Notes under the pieces: model-generated
Seen by the model: the letters and a program-made list of their open reading frames with translations, nothing else
What the model was told of the DNA's origin: nothing
The model's database searches: none
Program-made: the position numbers and the translations under genes
Assembly (NCBI GenBank): GCA_951406725.2
Contig: OX597825.1
Location: 42,284,001 to 42,348,000, forward strand
Direction: 5' to 3'
Length of the DNA stretch: 64,000 bases
DNA from: Octopus vulgaris
Taxonomy: Eukaryota
Part shown: positions 25,651 to 40,393 of the stretch, in pieces
How positions within the stretch are numbered: the first letter of the stretch is position 1
Layout: every line of letters begins with the position of its first letter

Positions 25651-28333
25651 TACATATATGTTTGATGGGCACTCCCATTGGTTTTGATGTATGAGGAACC
25701 GACAAACTACATTTACTTTGTCAATCATAATGCTTATGCTGTTGAACATGACAATTTGAGTCCAGCCAACAATTTGAAAAGAAGCGTACAAACATTACTA
25801 GCATGAGGATTATGGGTCTGTGCAGTCAGTGTATTTGCAGCAGTTTTTCTCCTTTGCCTTGCATCTCTTACCCTGTTAATGCTAAAGTCTTTTATACCAT
25901 TACAACATGGTCTCCATTTTGTTTGCTCCAAGGCTGTTTGCTTAAAGTGAGTTTTGAGCTATATTGACTGCTGAGAGGTTACTCTTCAGCTTGTCCCTAT
26001 ATCTGAGCTATCGTCAGTCAACATTTCTGTGCCCACTATTGAGCTGGCTGTACATGAGGACTTTGGATATTCTTTTGTCACTCATTCTGATGACATGCAC
26101 AATTGCAACTCGATAAGTGTTGTATAGTGAAACTGTACACCCCTCCCGGTAAAAAGTGGAAGTAACCAGCCATTACAAACAGACCAGTAGCCAGTCGACA
26201 GGAAGAAGGTAGGTTGAGAATAAGTGTAGACTGTGTTGATAGTCATGTCTGTGCTGATATAATAATTATACTATGATACTGAGTGGACATTATAACAATC
26301 CAACCTTTTGACTGCAGATCATACAGTGCTCGATAGAACCTTTCTATTAACAACAATCAGAATATAATAATATCTGTCAGAGCAACAACTCTCATCATGA
26401 GACAGATGATACAACAATGGTGAAACACCACTTTACTATGGTGGCGATGGGGAAAAACAAATTTATGAGGAGTGAAAAAAAAACATTCACACAGTGAGTT
26501 TAAAATAATTCACATAGAAAGTTAAATATCTCAACAAATAAGAAACAAAATTCTTGTTGTGCAAACTTATGAAAATTGTAAAATATGGAAGAGTTGTTTG
26601 TTGGGATAGTTGAGTTGCAGAAACAGCAACAACAACAACTCAAGAAACAATTAGAACAACAAGGATTGCAACAGCAAATGTTGCAACTAATGAGGTTGAT
26701 GAACAAACCAAAGAATACATTTTGACCATGTAGCAAATTCCATAACCAAATTCAAATATGACCCCGATGAAAGAATAACCATCAAGGCTTACTTTCGAAG
26801 ATTTCAACAAATTTTTCAAAGTGAATGTCAGAATTGGATGGATGAAATGAAAACGCATCTAGTTTTAAGAAAACTAGCAACAGCAGAGCATGAGAAGTAT
26901 AGTAACTTCATCTTGCTAAAAAAAAGCATCTGACATAAATTTCACCAACACAGTTGACATTTTGTGCAAAGTGTTTAGTGAAAAGAGCTCACTGTTTAAT
27001 ACTAGATAGAAATGTTGAAACATAGATAAGGGCAAAGATGAGAAATTCTCTACTTACACAGGCAGAGTGAACAAAGAATGTGAGAGATTTAGGCTGGCTA
27101 TGCTTACTCCAGACTTTTCAAGTGTTTGATTTTTGCACAAGGATTGACAGATAAAAGGGGTGCAGAAATCCGAACGAAAATTATAGCTTAACTGGAAATG
27201 AACCAAGATTTGATATTGTAGAAACTGTCGGAAGAGTGTGACATGATATTAAAATTAAGGCATGACATGAAAGAAATTCAACAGAAAGAGTGTTTCCACA
27301 TAAGATCAATGCAAAAATGTCGGAAGACAAATAAAGTGCTGCAGGAAAAATAGAAAAAATATCAGGATGTAGACCCATGTGTAGTATGTGGTGGGATGCA
27401 CCTGGAAAAAGGTTGTTCGTATCAAAAAAGCAAAGTGTTTTTGCTACGGGTTTACAAGACATATAAAATTACACTGCAAAACTAGAATGAAAAGAAAATG
27501 GAACAAACAAGAAAAAATAAATAGTTTGTCAGCAAGAAAAGTTGTGACTACAACAAACAGAAAATTTGTGAATGTGAGAATTGAAAACATTAGTCTTAGA
27601 ATGCAATTAGAAATGGGAAGTGGTATCACAATCATAAATGAGAAAACATAGGAACAAATGGATAAACCAATATTATGTAGTTCAAACAAAATAGCATTCG
27701 GTGTTACGGGAAGAAAATTATATGTTATGGGTGAACGTGTTTGTAATATAATGTTCAGAGGTTGAACAAAAAAAGTGAATGTTTGTGTTGAAAAAAATCC
27801 ATGAATTTATTTGGCACTGAATGCATGAAGAAATTTAATTTATGGGGTACATCTATAAGCACTTTGTGCAATAGCGTAAATGGAGCAGTCAAATAATCAA
27901 ACGAGATCAATGCAATGAACTGAGACAAAAAGAAGTGATGTGGAACATCGTGCATGAACTACCAGTAACTTTGGAAGAAATAAAAAGAAATGCGAGAAAT
28001 GACAAATTTATTAATGAAAACTGTGACCAACAAAGGGAAATAAAGAAAGGTTAAATGCAAAGAACCACCGAGATGTGAACTTGTACTCTATATATGATAG
28101 TGTATGCTCAGAGGGTTGCCATACCACAGACATTATGAAAGAGAATGCTAAAAGAATGAAGGCGCTGATGTGAAGTTTTGTATACTGGCCAAGTATGGAC
28201 AAGGAAATTGAAAACCTGGTTAAAGGCAGCAGAGGATGTGTGCTGGCAGTAAAACTACCTAACTCAAAATATGAACCTTGGTCTCAATTGCATATCGATT
28301 TTGAAGTAGATCTTAAGAAGAAAAGATATTGAG

Positions 28334-28409
<76 letters not shown>

Positions 28410-29410
28410 GAGGCGAGGTGAATAAAAAATTGATTGTTAAAAAATTAAAAGGGAAGATGTTGTATAGTATAAATGTGGTAATAGCCAGCCATTACAAACA
28501 GACCAATAGCCAGTCGACAGGAAAAAGATGGAGAGTCGGGAGTATGTGTAGACTGTTGATAGTCGTGTCTGTGCTGATATAGTAATTATACTGTGATAGT
28601 GAGTGGACGTTATAATGATCCACTCTTTTCAGGATAATAACACTGTACGACTGGAGGTCATACAGTGCCAGATAGAACCATTCTGCCAACGACTGGAATA
28701 TAACAATATCTGTCAGAGTGACAACCACCATCAAAAGACAGATACAACAGTGGAAAAAGACCACTTTACAACAATAAAGAAGCTCTCAATTCCACCAACA
28801 TTACATTTGCTAAACAGGTTGACGTTAGATACTCTGTTTTTTAGTGAATAACTGTAGATTATCCTGAGACAGCTTTGTGGAAGACGTCTAGTTGGTTAAT
28901 GTACCACCTGCAGGGTGTCTATAATTCTGAGCCATACAAGAAAGCAGTAAGAATGGCAACTTTATAGACCTGTACTTTAGTGCCAATTTTAATGCTCTTT
29001 TCATTCCATAAGAGATGACAGGGTTTGCCAAATGTATTGGTTGCTTTTGCAAGACAGTTGACAATTTCATCATCAAGGGAAGTGCTCACATTCAGTTTAT
29101 TGCTAAGAATGTAAATGACTTCACATACTTTAGGTTTTCCTTGACAACCTATATAGACGTGTCAGGAAAATTGTGAACCTATGGCTTCTACTTGATACTC
29201 TGAATTTGCTTAAGAGTAGGGCAAGATTGTTACATCACTGCCATCTTTTTTATGTTAATGGTCAAACCAAAGGTTTAACATCCAGCAGAAAACTGGTCTA
29301 GACGTTCCTGAGATTCCTCTCAGAAAGTTACTACTAGTGCAGCACTGTCTACAAAAAAGCAAATCATGAATGATACTGGTGTGTAGCAGTGTTTTGAGCA
29401 TAACTGGTAA
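25645..29410 (-). pseudogene. Very old RTE-type LINE fragments (25645-26112 and 28780-29410) interrupted by the Gypsy relic
   Basis: Minus-strand remnant YKVAILTAFLYGSEL near 28930-28970; similar LINE C-terminal character at 25900-26100. Confidence 0.4.
26118..28773 (+). mobile_element. Degenerate, internally deleted Gypsy (Mag-like) element with both LTRs
   Basis: LTRs 26118-~26440 and 28458-28773 (TGTTGTATAG...CTTTACAACA); PBS-like GTGGCGATGG; PPT AAAAGGGAAGA; flanks ATAAG/ATAAA; Q-rich gag and integrase remnants (RMKALM*SFVYWPSMDKEIE, WSQLHIDF). Confidence 0.85.
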
Positions 29411-29451
29411 TCTGGTAATGTGTATATACAAATACACACATACAAACATAC

Positions 29452-29482
<31 letters not shown>

Positions 29483-29546
29483 CATGTGCTTGTACATATA
29501 AATGTATGCATGCATGTATATATATATATATATATATATGTGTGTA

Positions 29547-29580
<34 letters not shown>

Positions 29581-29581
<1 letters not shown>

Positions 29582-30127
29582 AGTAGTAAATATATGGCAC
29601 AACTAAGTACCGATATTTACTGGAAATAGCGAACGTAATAATACAACGCTAATGTATAGCTTCACCGCGTATGTATTAGCAAAAATGCGTGTGTGCAACA
29701 AACTAGAAAAAATTGTCTTACCTCCAGGGAGAATATCTGAAAGATAAAATACCTGGAAAAGGATAATGTGGGACCTGCAGGTTTCAGATTTTACAAGATA
29801 TGTCTGCCACCCATAATCTTGTTCTATCTTCATCAGCCAAGCATATACCATGACAAAATCTCAGATGTTACCACATTAAAGCCATTACACTCGACTGAAA
29901 CGCCGAAACGCCAACAGCACGAAAAAGAAGCTTGAAAAAGCTTGAATAAATTAGTAATGCAATTAGTAAATTAGTAATGCAATTAGTAATGCAATTTTTT
30001 CTAGTTTGTTGCACACACGCATTTTTGCTAACACATACGCGGTGAAGCTATACATTAGCGTCGCATTATTACGTTCGCTATTTCCAGTAAATATCGGTAC
30101 TTTGTTGTACCATATATTTACTACTTT
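29581..30127. repeat. ~135-bp near-perfect inverted repeat (29581-29714 / 29992-30127) in (TA)n; Penelope-like end
   Basis: Arms differ at only a handful of positions; AATTAGTAATGC repeated at 29950-29992 and inverted at ~30181. Confidence 0.85.
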
Positions 30128-30208
30128 GTGTATTTTTCCCTCACGGGCTATTCTTTACTGGAAAGCAATACTCTAATATTGCATTACTAATTTATATATA
30201 TATATATA

Positions 30209-31100
30209 CAGGGTGTTTGGGTTTAATTTGATGACTGTTTTTGTCTTTTTTTTTCAGGAATTACTTAATGTATTGGTGAACAGTGAACAGCATTAGAAAG
30301 CATAAAGATTAAAGTTGTAGTTGCGAAAAAGTAAAAGTAGCTGACATGGGTCTCTGGAAGCCATCTGAATATTGGAAAAGTGCAACCTATACCATGATGT
30401 TTCACACTGCATGTCAAAATGCTGAAATCATGATTTCTGCTCAATGTTCTGTGTACACCATAATGGCTGTAAGATGTAAGATGTGACAGCCACAATGGAG
30501 ATTACTAAGCTGTTGTCAACATGAAGTGACACAGCAGGTGTTCTGACTGTCTACATGCCAGAATTCATCCAACAACTAATGAACAGGGCCTATGGCCCAA
30601 TTCAGACAGCTATCTGAAGCTGGTGGAGATTGTAGTCAGTCCTTGGCTGGAGAAGGTTGCTGTTGAAAAGTTTTATGTGAGGCAGTAGAATTCAGCTCTT
30701 TGGCATACCTCCAGAAAGAATCAGAAGTGATTGTCAGACAATTTCTACAATTTCATCTCCTCTGATTTCTAGACACATAATTTCTGAATTTGTAATCGCA
30801 TGATTACTATGTGTGGGGCACGGTTGATAAAGACACCAAGCACTCTACATACAACATCAAAGCCAAGAAGGTGGCTAAGATCAAAGAGATCTTTACAGAG
30901 ATGCAGTGAGGAATGTGTGTACCAGGTTCCAGAGCTGTCTTGAGTCCATGGTAGAAGTTGAGGGTGGCTACTTGGAGTAAACTGTTATCTCCCAACCATA
31001 ATCTAGTTGACATCTTTTGATTTCTTGAAATACTTTAATTTTTGGATGATTGTATTTTCTTGTCCTTTCATGCAAACTATTAAATTTAGTCCAGACACCA
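30209..31100 (+). mobile_element. Deleted Tc1/mariner-type element
   Basis: TA|CAGGGTGTTTGGGTTTAATTTGAT and ATTAAATTTAGTCCAGACACC..TA TIRs; remnant DYYVWG motif at ~30803-30820. Confidence 0.7.
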
Positions 31101-31744
31101 TATATATATTTATGATATGTGTATGTGTGTGTGTGGAGAGAGAGAGAGAGAGAGAGAGTGGTCAATGTGTCGGTGAATATGACAGGCAATTGCTTGATAG
31201 TTGTCAAATACTAAGAAAATGTGAAGAGCTTTGATATTTGACAACCACCATTATCTTATTCACACAGGCACAATGAAAACAAAAAAATACTTGCTCCCAT
31301 TTCTATTGTGGAAAGAAAACATTCCCTGCTCTTTTCACTTGGTTTTTAAATAATTTCTTTTATCTATTTTAACTCTAGTTATTAACGTTAATAGCATAAC
31401 ATAATCTGGTGACCAGTTACTGAAAATTTGATAATATAATTAACTTCTAAGTTTTACTTTGAAATGGACATTATTGTTAAAGAAATATGATGGATAGAGA
31501 GCCCCTTATTAGTACCCCTAAGAGAGATACTATGTCTTGGCTGTATTTTATCACGTATCCCTACAAGCAGTTGTGTATCCATGAAGGTTTTATGGGACAG
31601 AAAAAAATTGACATTTAAGCTGCAACCAATACCCGTTTTCACTATACATAAGGACTTGCTGCTTCCAGACAAGATATTCCAAAGATCTTTTTTCCAGATG
31701 CTGAAAATAACTCCCAAAGTACCAACTTATGCTTACCAGGTCCA

Positions 31745-32200
31745 CAAGCTAAGATCTGCCACAATCAACGTTGGAACAACGAAAATTAAGTCTGGCAAAA
31801 TTGTTGAAATACTCAAGTGGAAGCATGTAGATGTGTGGTGTGTGCAAGGAGTATGATGGTGGGGAACCTCAGCTAGACTACTTGTGTGCAAGGAACATAG
31901 ATACAAATTCTTCTGGGTGGGCAGTAGTGACTGAATAGTTGGTGTACATATTGTTCAGGTAGAGAATATATGGAGAAGGTTATTGGTATAGTCAGGGTCT
32001 GTGATAGAATTATTAAGCTAAAAATAATCTTGATTAATACAACAGTGACATTTATCTGTGCATATGCTCCACATATCAAACTAATAGAGATCTGAAGGAC
32101 AGTTTCCATGAATCCTTTCCACAGACTGCCATAAAACAATAAAAGACAATATCAATATCTTCATGGTAAGTGACTTTAATGGTCATGCTGGGAAATATTC
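31745..32200 (+). pseudogene. RTE-like APE N-terminal remnant
   Basis: LRSATINVGTTKIKSGKIVEILKWKHVDVWCVQGV, AYAP and SDFNGH motifs. Confidence 0.7.
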
Positions 32201-33175
32201 CAATTGGTGTTATGCCTTCATCAAACCTTTTATGAAAGGCCTATAGCCAGGACCGTTTCATTTGTTTTCTGTCTGATGTTATCCTGTGTGCCTTCCCATT
32301 TTAAGACAGTAGAGTGTGATTTGAGAAAATTTGGTTGCTGTTTCTACCAAATCACATAACTATGAAGAGGCTTCTTCACTGCCACAAATAATTCTTAATT
32401 CATTGATAATGAGGAAAGAAATCAAAATCGATGCACCAAACTTTACTGAGACTGAATACAGAATTTTTTAAAAATGAATTTAATCTAAGGGAAAAAATTC
32501 AAAATTTTAAAGTGTTACTAACAACCCTGTATTCTTAAATATATTAGTATAAGTTTCTTACAGAAGCATGAAGCCTCATATTCAGTGTGGAAGAGTGGGG
32601 AAAGTGAGAGTACAACATATTCAAATGAATATTTTAAACCAGTTTACATAATGCCCCCTAGTGCATTTCTGTTTGATGTCTCAAGTATTTAATTCAGCAA
32701 ACAAACACAAAGAGATGTACAGTATTTTAAAGAAAGCATAAGATGAAAGGAAAATGAAAAATATTGGTAAGAATTCAGTGATTTATTTGAAAACCAACAT
32801 CAAAAGATAATTTTTGAAGAGAGAAATAATTCCACTGAGTATTTTATGTGCTTAATGCCATTCATTTTACATGTTTCAATTGATATTAAAAAATAAAATA
32901 AAACAATGATTTATGATGAACCAATCTTTTAGATGTGCAATTATCAATTACAACTAATAACATGAATGAAATAAAAATTTTAAAATGCCGATTGTGCATG
33001 TGAAAAGCAGTTTGGAAGATTGTCAGAAATACATCAAACTAATAAATATTTCATGTTCAAGCACATGCAAATATACACAAAAGCATATGTGTGTGTGTAT
33101 CATATCATTGCAAACATGTTTAAAGAGTTGTACATAAATATGCATATATAATTTATTAAGTTCAGAAGAATTGTA

Positions 33176-33223
<48 letters not shown>

Positions 33224-33289
33224 TGTAATATATATATAAAATATATGTAATATATATATAAAATATATATAATATATATATCATTTTCA

Positions 33290-33567
33290 TCATCATCATC
33301 ATCATCATTTAACGTCTGTTGTCCATGCTAGCATGGGTTGGACGGTTTGACCAGGCTGGCACACTGCAGGACTGCACCAGATTCCAGTGTCTGATTTGGC
33401 ATGGTTTTTTACTGGTGAATGCCCTTCATAATGCTAACCACACTGAAAGTCTATGGGTGCTTTTACGTGCCACCGGCACAGATCCCATTTGCATGACATC
33501 AGTATCTGCCATGACTGTGGTTTTGCTTGGCATCATGGGTCTTCTTCTTAAGCATGACATTGAGACC
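33290..33567 (-). mobile_element. Short element carrying the RTE 3' end and (GAT)n tail
   Basis: (CAT)n-TTTAACGTC...CCATGCTAGCATGGGTTGG matches the RTE 3' terminus. Similar pieces at ~14670, 18390, 24990, 52430, 54300-54590, 56305-56610, 60860-60970. Confidence 0.7.
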
Positions 33568-33897
33568 CCCTTCAGTCATGGCTGACTATGGGATTGCACC
33601 TAGAAAGTTACCGTCCCAGGCACAAGTCCGGGCAAGTTTGTCTATGGAAGACCAGCAGTTGCCCATGCATACCGGCCTCCTCTCTCCATGCCACCTGTGT
33701 TATCCAAGGGAAAGGTAACAGCAGATACAACTTGGCAACTGTCACATCGCAACTCATTTCTAGAGCTGGGTAAACTGGAGCAACATGAAATAAAATGTCT
33801 TGCTCAAGAACACAACACGCAGCCCGGTCCAGGATTCGAACTCACAACCACACAATGAGAAGCTCGATGCTCTAACCACTGAGCCATGCACCTTCAC
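33568..33897 (-). mobile_element. tRNA-derived SINE (CORE-like central region)
   Basis: Minus strand TGGCTCAGTGGTTAGAGC (A box), GAGTTCGAATCC (B box), then GTGTTCTTGAGCAAGACATTTTA. Confidence 0.8.
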
Positions 33898-33957
33898 AAA
33901 AGCATGACATATATATTATACACACACACATACACACACATATGTATGTATATCACA

Positions 33958-34262
33958 TGATCATGTGACTGACCAGGCTATCAGATGTTGGTACACATCG
34001 CTGGTCCCAATGCGCTTCGCATTGTTTTAGGCTTCAAATGATGCCACCCTGCTTGGCTAAGTGAGCAGGCCAACAGAAGAAAGAGTGAAAGAAAGTTGTG
34101 GCGAAAGAGTACAGCAGGGATTGCCACCATCCTCTGCCAGAGCCTCATGGAGCAATAGGTGTTTTTGCTCAATAAACACTCACAACGCCCGGTCTGGGAA
34201 TTGAAACCACGATCCTACAACCGCGAGTCCGCCGCCCTAACCACTGGGCCATTGCACCTCCA
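33958..34262 (-). mobile_element. tRNA-derived SINE (same family as 37539-37850)
   Basis: Reverse-complement match to 37539-37850; A box TGGCCCAGTGG, B box GTTTCAATTCC. Confidence 0.85.
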
Positions 34263-34805
34263 CATGTATGTATGTATATAAGTGTATATATATATATATA
34301 GATCAATAAATGGTGGGGTTGTGTTGACTGCACGTGGAGAAATGATAAGTAAGGAAAAATTTTTTAAAAAATGCAGAATGCTCAAATGAAAGAAAATTTT
34401 AATAAAATGAGAAAATGATAAAATATATAAATGTATATTTATTCAACCGGTTTTCGTCATTGTATCACTTGTCAAGAATATTTATGTTTTAAGAAGTTTT
34501 TTAAAAATTAGAAAGGGGAAAAAAAGAAAATTGCATTGTTTTTTGTAAAAGAATAATGATAAAAATGTACAAAAATTAAAAAATAAGTTCTCCGATACAT
34601 TGTGAGTTCGTTGTGTATCTTGCGTTTTATGGTTGTTTACGAAAAAAATTACCTTGAGGTGTTAAGATCCAAAGGGATTAAGAGCATGTGTTGTGTTGTA
34701 TTTTTAAATTCAGCATGTTTGCAGGACAGGAAGTAGTAGTAATTGTGGTCCTGGTTCTTCAGTTCCTGTGTTGTGAGTAAGGGGAGACAACTCTTTTGAG
34801 TTCTT

Positions 34806-34885
<80 letters not shown>

Positions 34886-34960
34886 TATATATATACACAC
34901 ACATATATATATATATATATATTGAGAATATATTTGTACACCACTTCTAACACTCAATAC

Positions 34961-37079
34961 ATCATCATTATCATCATCATCGTTTAACGTCCGCTTTCCA
35001 TGCTAGCATGGGTTGAACGGTTCAACTGGGGTCTTGAAAGCCAGAAGGCTGCACCAGGCCCAGTCTGATCTGGCAGTGTTTCTACAGCTGGATGCCCTTC
35101 TTAACGCCAACCACTCCATGAGTGTAGTGGGTGCTTTTTACATGCCACCGGCACAGGTGCCAGATGAGGCCGGCAACGGCCACGATTGGGTGGTGCTTTA
35201 TACATGCCACTGGCATGGAGGCCAGTCGGGGCGACGCTGGCAAAGGCCACGTTTGGATGGTTCTCTTACGAGCCACCGGCACTGGTATCACAACTACAAT
35301 TTCCATTGATTTTGATCGATTTTGATTTTGATTTCACTTGTCTCAACAGGTCTTCACAAGTAGAGTTTTGTGTCCCAAGAAGGAAAGATATGCATAAGTG
35401 GACTGGCTACATCCCAGGTAGAGGCCACGGATTATGGTCTCACTTGTCCTGCTGGGTCTTCTCATGCACAGCATACTTCCAAAGGTCTCGGTCATTAGTC
35501 ATTGCCTCGGTGAGACCTAATGTTCGAATGTTGTGCTTCACCTCGTCCCAGGTTTTCCTGGGTCTACCTCTTTCAGAGATTCCATCAACCGCTAGGATGT
35601 GGCACTTTTTCACACAACTATCTTCATCCATTCTCACTACATGACCATACCAGTGCAAATGTCTCTCTTGCACACCTCAAGTGATGCTTCTTAGGTCCAA
35701 CTTTTCTCTCAAGGTACTTACACTCTGTCGAGTATGAACACTGACATTACACATCCATCGGATCATACTGGCTTCATTTCTCGCGAGCTTACGCATATCC
35801 TCAGCAGTCACGGCCCATGTTTCACTGCCATGTAGCATGGCTGTTCATACACATGCGTCATACAGTCTGCCTTTTACTCTGACCGAGAGGCCTTTTGTCA
35901 CCTGTAGAGGTAAGAGCTCTCTGAACTTTGCCCAGGCTATTCTTACTTTAGCCATTACACTTTCAGCACAGCCACGCCCACTACTGACTTGGTCACCTAG
36001 GTAATGGAAGCTATTAACTACTTCTAGTTTTTCTCCCTGGAATGTGGCGGAAGTTGGTCTCTGCGCATTTTCAGTGTTTATTGCTCCTGAGCATCTGCCA
36101 CATACAAAAACTATCTTCCTAGTTAGCCTTCCTTTGACATTGCTGCATCTCTTATGTGTCCATAGCTTACACTTGGTGCATCTTATAGAGTTTCTACCTA
36201 CACCTTTTCTACAGATCGAGCAGAGCCATCTACCTGAAGGCGTTTGTGATTTGTCTACCTTCCTACTTATTAGGACTTTAGTTTTAGCTAAGTTGACTCT
36301 AAGGCCATTCGATTCTAATTCTTGCTTCCATGCCTGAAACTTCTCCTCCAGTTCTGATAGTGACTCAGCAATTAGAGCAAGGTCATCAGCATAGAGGAGC
36401 TCCCAGAGGCATCCTGTCTTGAATTCCTCCGTTATTGCCTGGAGGACCATTATAAATAGAAGGGGGCTGAGAACTGAACCTTGGTGGACCCATACCTCTA
36501 CCTTGAATTCTTCACTGTACTCGTTGCCAACCCTCACATTACTAACAGCTCCCTGTACATGGCTCGCACAGCTCTCACTAACCATTCACCTATTCCTAGT
36601 TTCCTCACTGACCACCAGATAAGGGATCGGGGGGACCCTGTCAAAGGCTTTCTGCATGTCAATGAAAACTAGGTACAGAGGTTTATCTTTGGCTGTCTTA
36701 CCAGGAATATAGCATCAGTGGTACTTTTCCCTGGCACGAACCCAAACTGTATCTCATCTAAACTGATTCTCTCTCTAATTAGTTGGGCTATGACCCTCTC
36801 TGTGACCTTCATTACTTGATCCAGCAACTTGATACCTTTGTAATTATTTGAATCTAGAGCATCACCTTTACCTTTGTAGCAGTTGACTATTATGCTGCTA
36901 CACCAGTCATTGGGTATGACTCCTTCGTGTATCACCTGGTTAACTATATAGGTGACTAGGCTATAGCTGACACTGCCAGATATCTTGCGCATCTCTGCAG
37001 TGATTCCTGATGGACCGACAGCTTTCCTCACCTTCATACTCTTGATTGCTTTAACTACCAAGGTACTGTCAATTCGGCT
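34961..37079 (-). mobile_element. RTE-clade LINE copy 2 (5'-truncated, inactivated)
   Basis: ORFs 36669-37061, 35845-36585 (HQGSVLSP, YADD, PHD, YLGD) and 35440-35673 are near-identical to copy 1; tail at ~34961-34981. Confidence 0.95.
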
Positions 37080-37089
37080 AGCTTATATA

Positions 37090-37538
<449 letters not shown>

Positions 37539-37850
37539 GGAGGCGCAATGGCCCAGTGGTTAGGGCAGAGGACTCACGGTCGTAGGATCGCGATTTCGAT
37601 TCACAGACCAGGCGTTGTGAGTATTTATTGAGCGAAAACACCTATAAAGCTCCACGAGGCTCCGGCAGGTGGGGGGTGGCTATCCCTGCTGTACTCTTTT
37701 GCCACAACTTTCTCTCACTCTTTCTTCTGTTGGCCTGCTCGCCTTGCCAGCGGGGTGGTGTCATTTGAAGGCTAAAACAATGACAAGCGCATTGTGACCA
37801 GCGATGTGTAACAACATCTGATAGCCTGGTCGATAACGGTGATCACGGTG
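37539..37850 (+). mobile_element. tRNA-derived SINE
   Basis: GGAGGCGCAATGGCCCAGTGGTTAGGGC (A box) ... ATTTCGATTC (B box); a second copy lies at 33958-34262. Confidence 0.85.
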
Positions 37851-40393
37851 ATATATATATACATGCTTTGCAAACACCTTGCACATGTAAGTGCTACCAG
37901 TTGAGTATTCTGCATATCAGAAGCCAGCAAGTGTATGGGATCATCAAGAGAGTAAGTGTGCCGTTTCAGGGCCTACCTCTCGAAGGCATCAATGTGCACC
38001 AGCTGCCCTCACTGGTACGAAGCCCTGCTTGCTTGATCAACTGGTTATCAAATGAAGCTCAATATTCTTTTGCCATTGCTCATTATCTCTCTTTAACCAA
38101 GTCCAGTGGTTAGCCTTTTCCAATGTAGTTTCGATATTAGTCACAGTGTTATTAGTGGCGAGCCTATTCAACTGAGTGTGTGTGTATTTGTGTGTAAGTG
38201 TATGTGTATGTAAAAGGGAATTATGTGAATGTACATAAATATATACATACACATATATACACACATGTATATACACACTCACACACACACACACATGTTG
38301 GTTATACACCTGTCTTCCTTTTTTTGTTTTTCTGCAAATTTCAACTATATATACACATATATATGTACATGCATATTTGTCTACATTTCTCTATATGTAT
38401 TTGTATATACTTACATACATACATATTATATGTAGGCGCACACACCTATATATGTAAACTAATAGAATGTTATATGTTATTTTCATAAATATAAATCATG
38501 TACCTACAAACTACATAATTAAGTTTATCTTGTTTGGAAATTCTAAACCACATCTATACATATGCACACATGCAGCCACAAATATGTCCCTCCTTCCAGT
38601 AAAGTATTATTATATAAATCTTCAAAATCTGGTATGGTTTGTATCATATTATACCTTGTAAAATAAAGAGAGCTGCTAAATATATATATATATATATATA
38701 CCAAATATGTAGCAAATATGCCAAATATATATATATATATTTAAACTTCACAGACCATGAATATTTTATTTTAACTGTCAGCCCAAGTCTGATACCAATA
38801 TAACATTAGACTATCAGTATTTAGTTCTGTTGCTTTATATGTTGAAGTCAAATATGACACTGAATCTGAAATTATGTGCTTGAAAAAGCAATTCTTAATT
38901 TTTTTGTTTGTCATTCTTTAATGATCACTAAAATAAGTACTTCTCAAATACTGAAGGCTCATGTAATTGACTATACTTGCTTTAGTAGCATATGTGGTCC
39001 TTTACCTATGCTGGAAATAATTTTTTATTAACTACAGTCTTGCTTTTGCTATCATTATTGTTTTTTAACCTCATGGTAGTGTTGACTGAGTAAACCTGAG
39101 ATCAAAAACATTCAAAGTGCATTTATCTTGTTTTCTCCTTACAGAGAGTGAATCTGTGACAACACCATTCAATGTTCATGGCCAGATTTTAAAACAGTAT
39201 AGTCTGATTTGAATGAGATCGGACAACTCTTTTCAGCAAGTCCATGTTAAGACTCCTTCACTGGTTAGCAATTCCTTTAAAGCAGATAAGTTTATGAAAC
39301 AGATGAATATTCATATTTTACATTATCTAGTGCGATTCTTCATTTTGCTACATTCACATTACTCAGACATCAACATTTTTATTCATTCATTCAATAATAG
39401 TAAGATAATTACCAGAAATATGTCAAGGTTAATTCAATATACAGTCTTCATTATACTGAATAACAAAATTTATCTCACCTTAGAAAATATCATTATCATT
39501 ATACTTGCATGTTTCTCCGAAACACAGATCTATAATATATTTATTACATTTCACTGAGTGAAATTTGTGCTGAACTAAATTCTTACTAAGGAAACAAATC
39601 ATCTCTGAAGTAAGTCACTAGTTTATCTAAGATACATGATGAGTACAAATTTAGATGAACTCATGCAAGCAGAATAAAAACAATGAAGAAGCTGCAATGT
39701 AGTTTGAGCTCCTCAGTCATAAGTCATTAGTTGTTTTGCTATATCATACTCATTATACCTTAAAGTCACCCTACACACACATCTGTTACCACTAAAGTAG
39801 TCCACTCCATACAATTACTTCTTATTAATACACTTTGATATAACTCAATGCAGATATTACCAATAAATGATAATATTAATGCAGTTTATACTAATAAACA
39901 CTTATAAAATCTCTAATTATCAATGTGTTTGTCACCAGACTCCTATAGTCCACATAAAAAATTATCTACCTTTTCTTGACACTAAGCAATAACTTAGATG
40001 TTGTCACATCTAACCAAGCACAAACACACTGCTATGTAAATAACATCAACATTCTTACTTCTTTAATCATCTGCATAAAGTTATTAATTTCTCTTTTGTT
40101 TGTTCTTCATTATCAAAGATGACCATGATTCAAGATTGATTTGTATGTTCTGGTCTGGTGTGTTCAAACATGGTTATAAAATGTCTATCCAGGTCAATGA
40201 TCCTCTCCTACTATGGAGCATGTAGGAAAAGTACAACATTTGTAGTAATGGTAGTTCTAACTTTATAGAATAAATGTTTATTCTCAGCAGCTGTCTTTTG
40301 CTTTCAGCAGTTGAAGCACCGGTGTAAATCAGGATGCACTTTTTAGGTAGGTTTTAGGCAGCCACCATGCTTTCCCTGAAGGGGCTTGCTATA

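Noticed and set aside
37539-37612. Possible tRNA gene (also ~33825-33897 and ~34190-34262)
   Set aside because: No proper acceptor stem, and each continues into a repeated SINE body.
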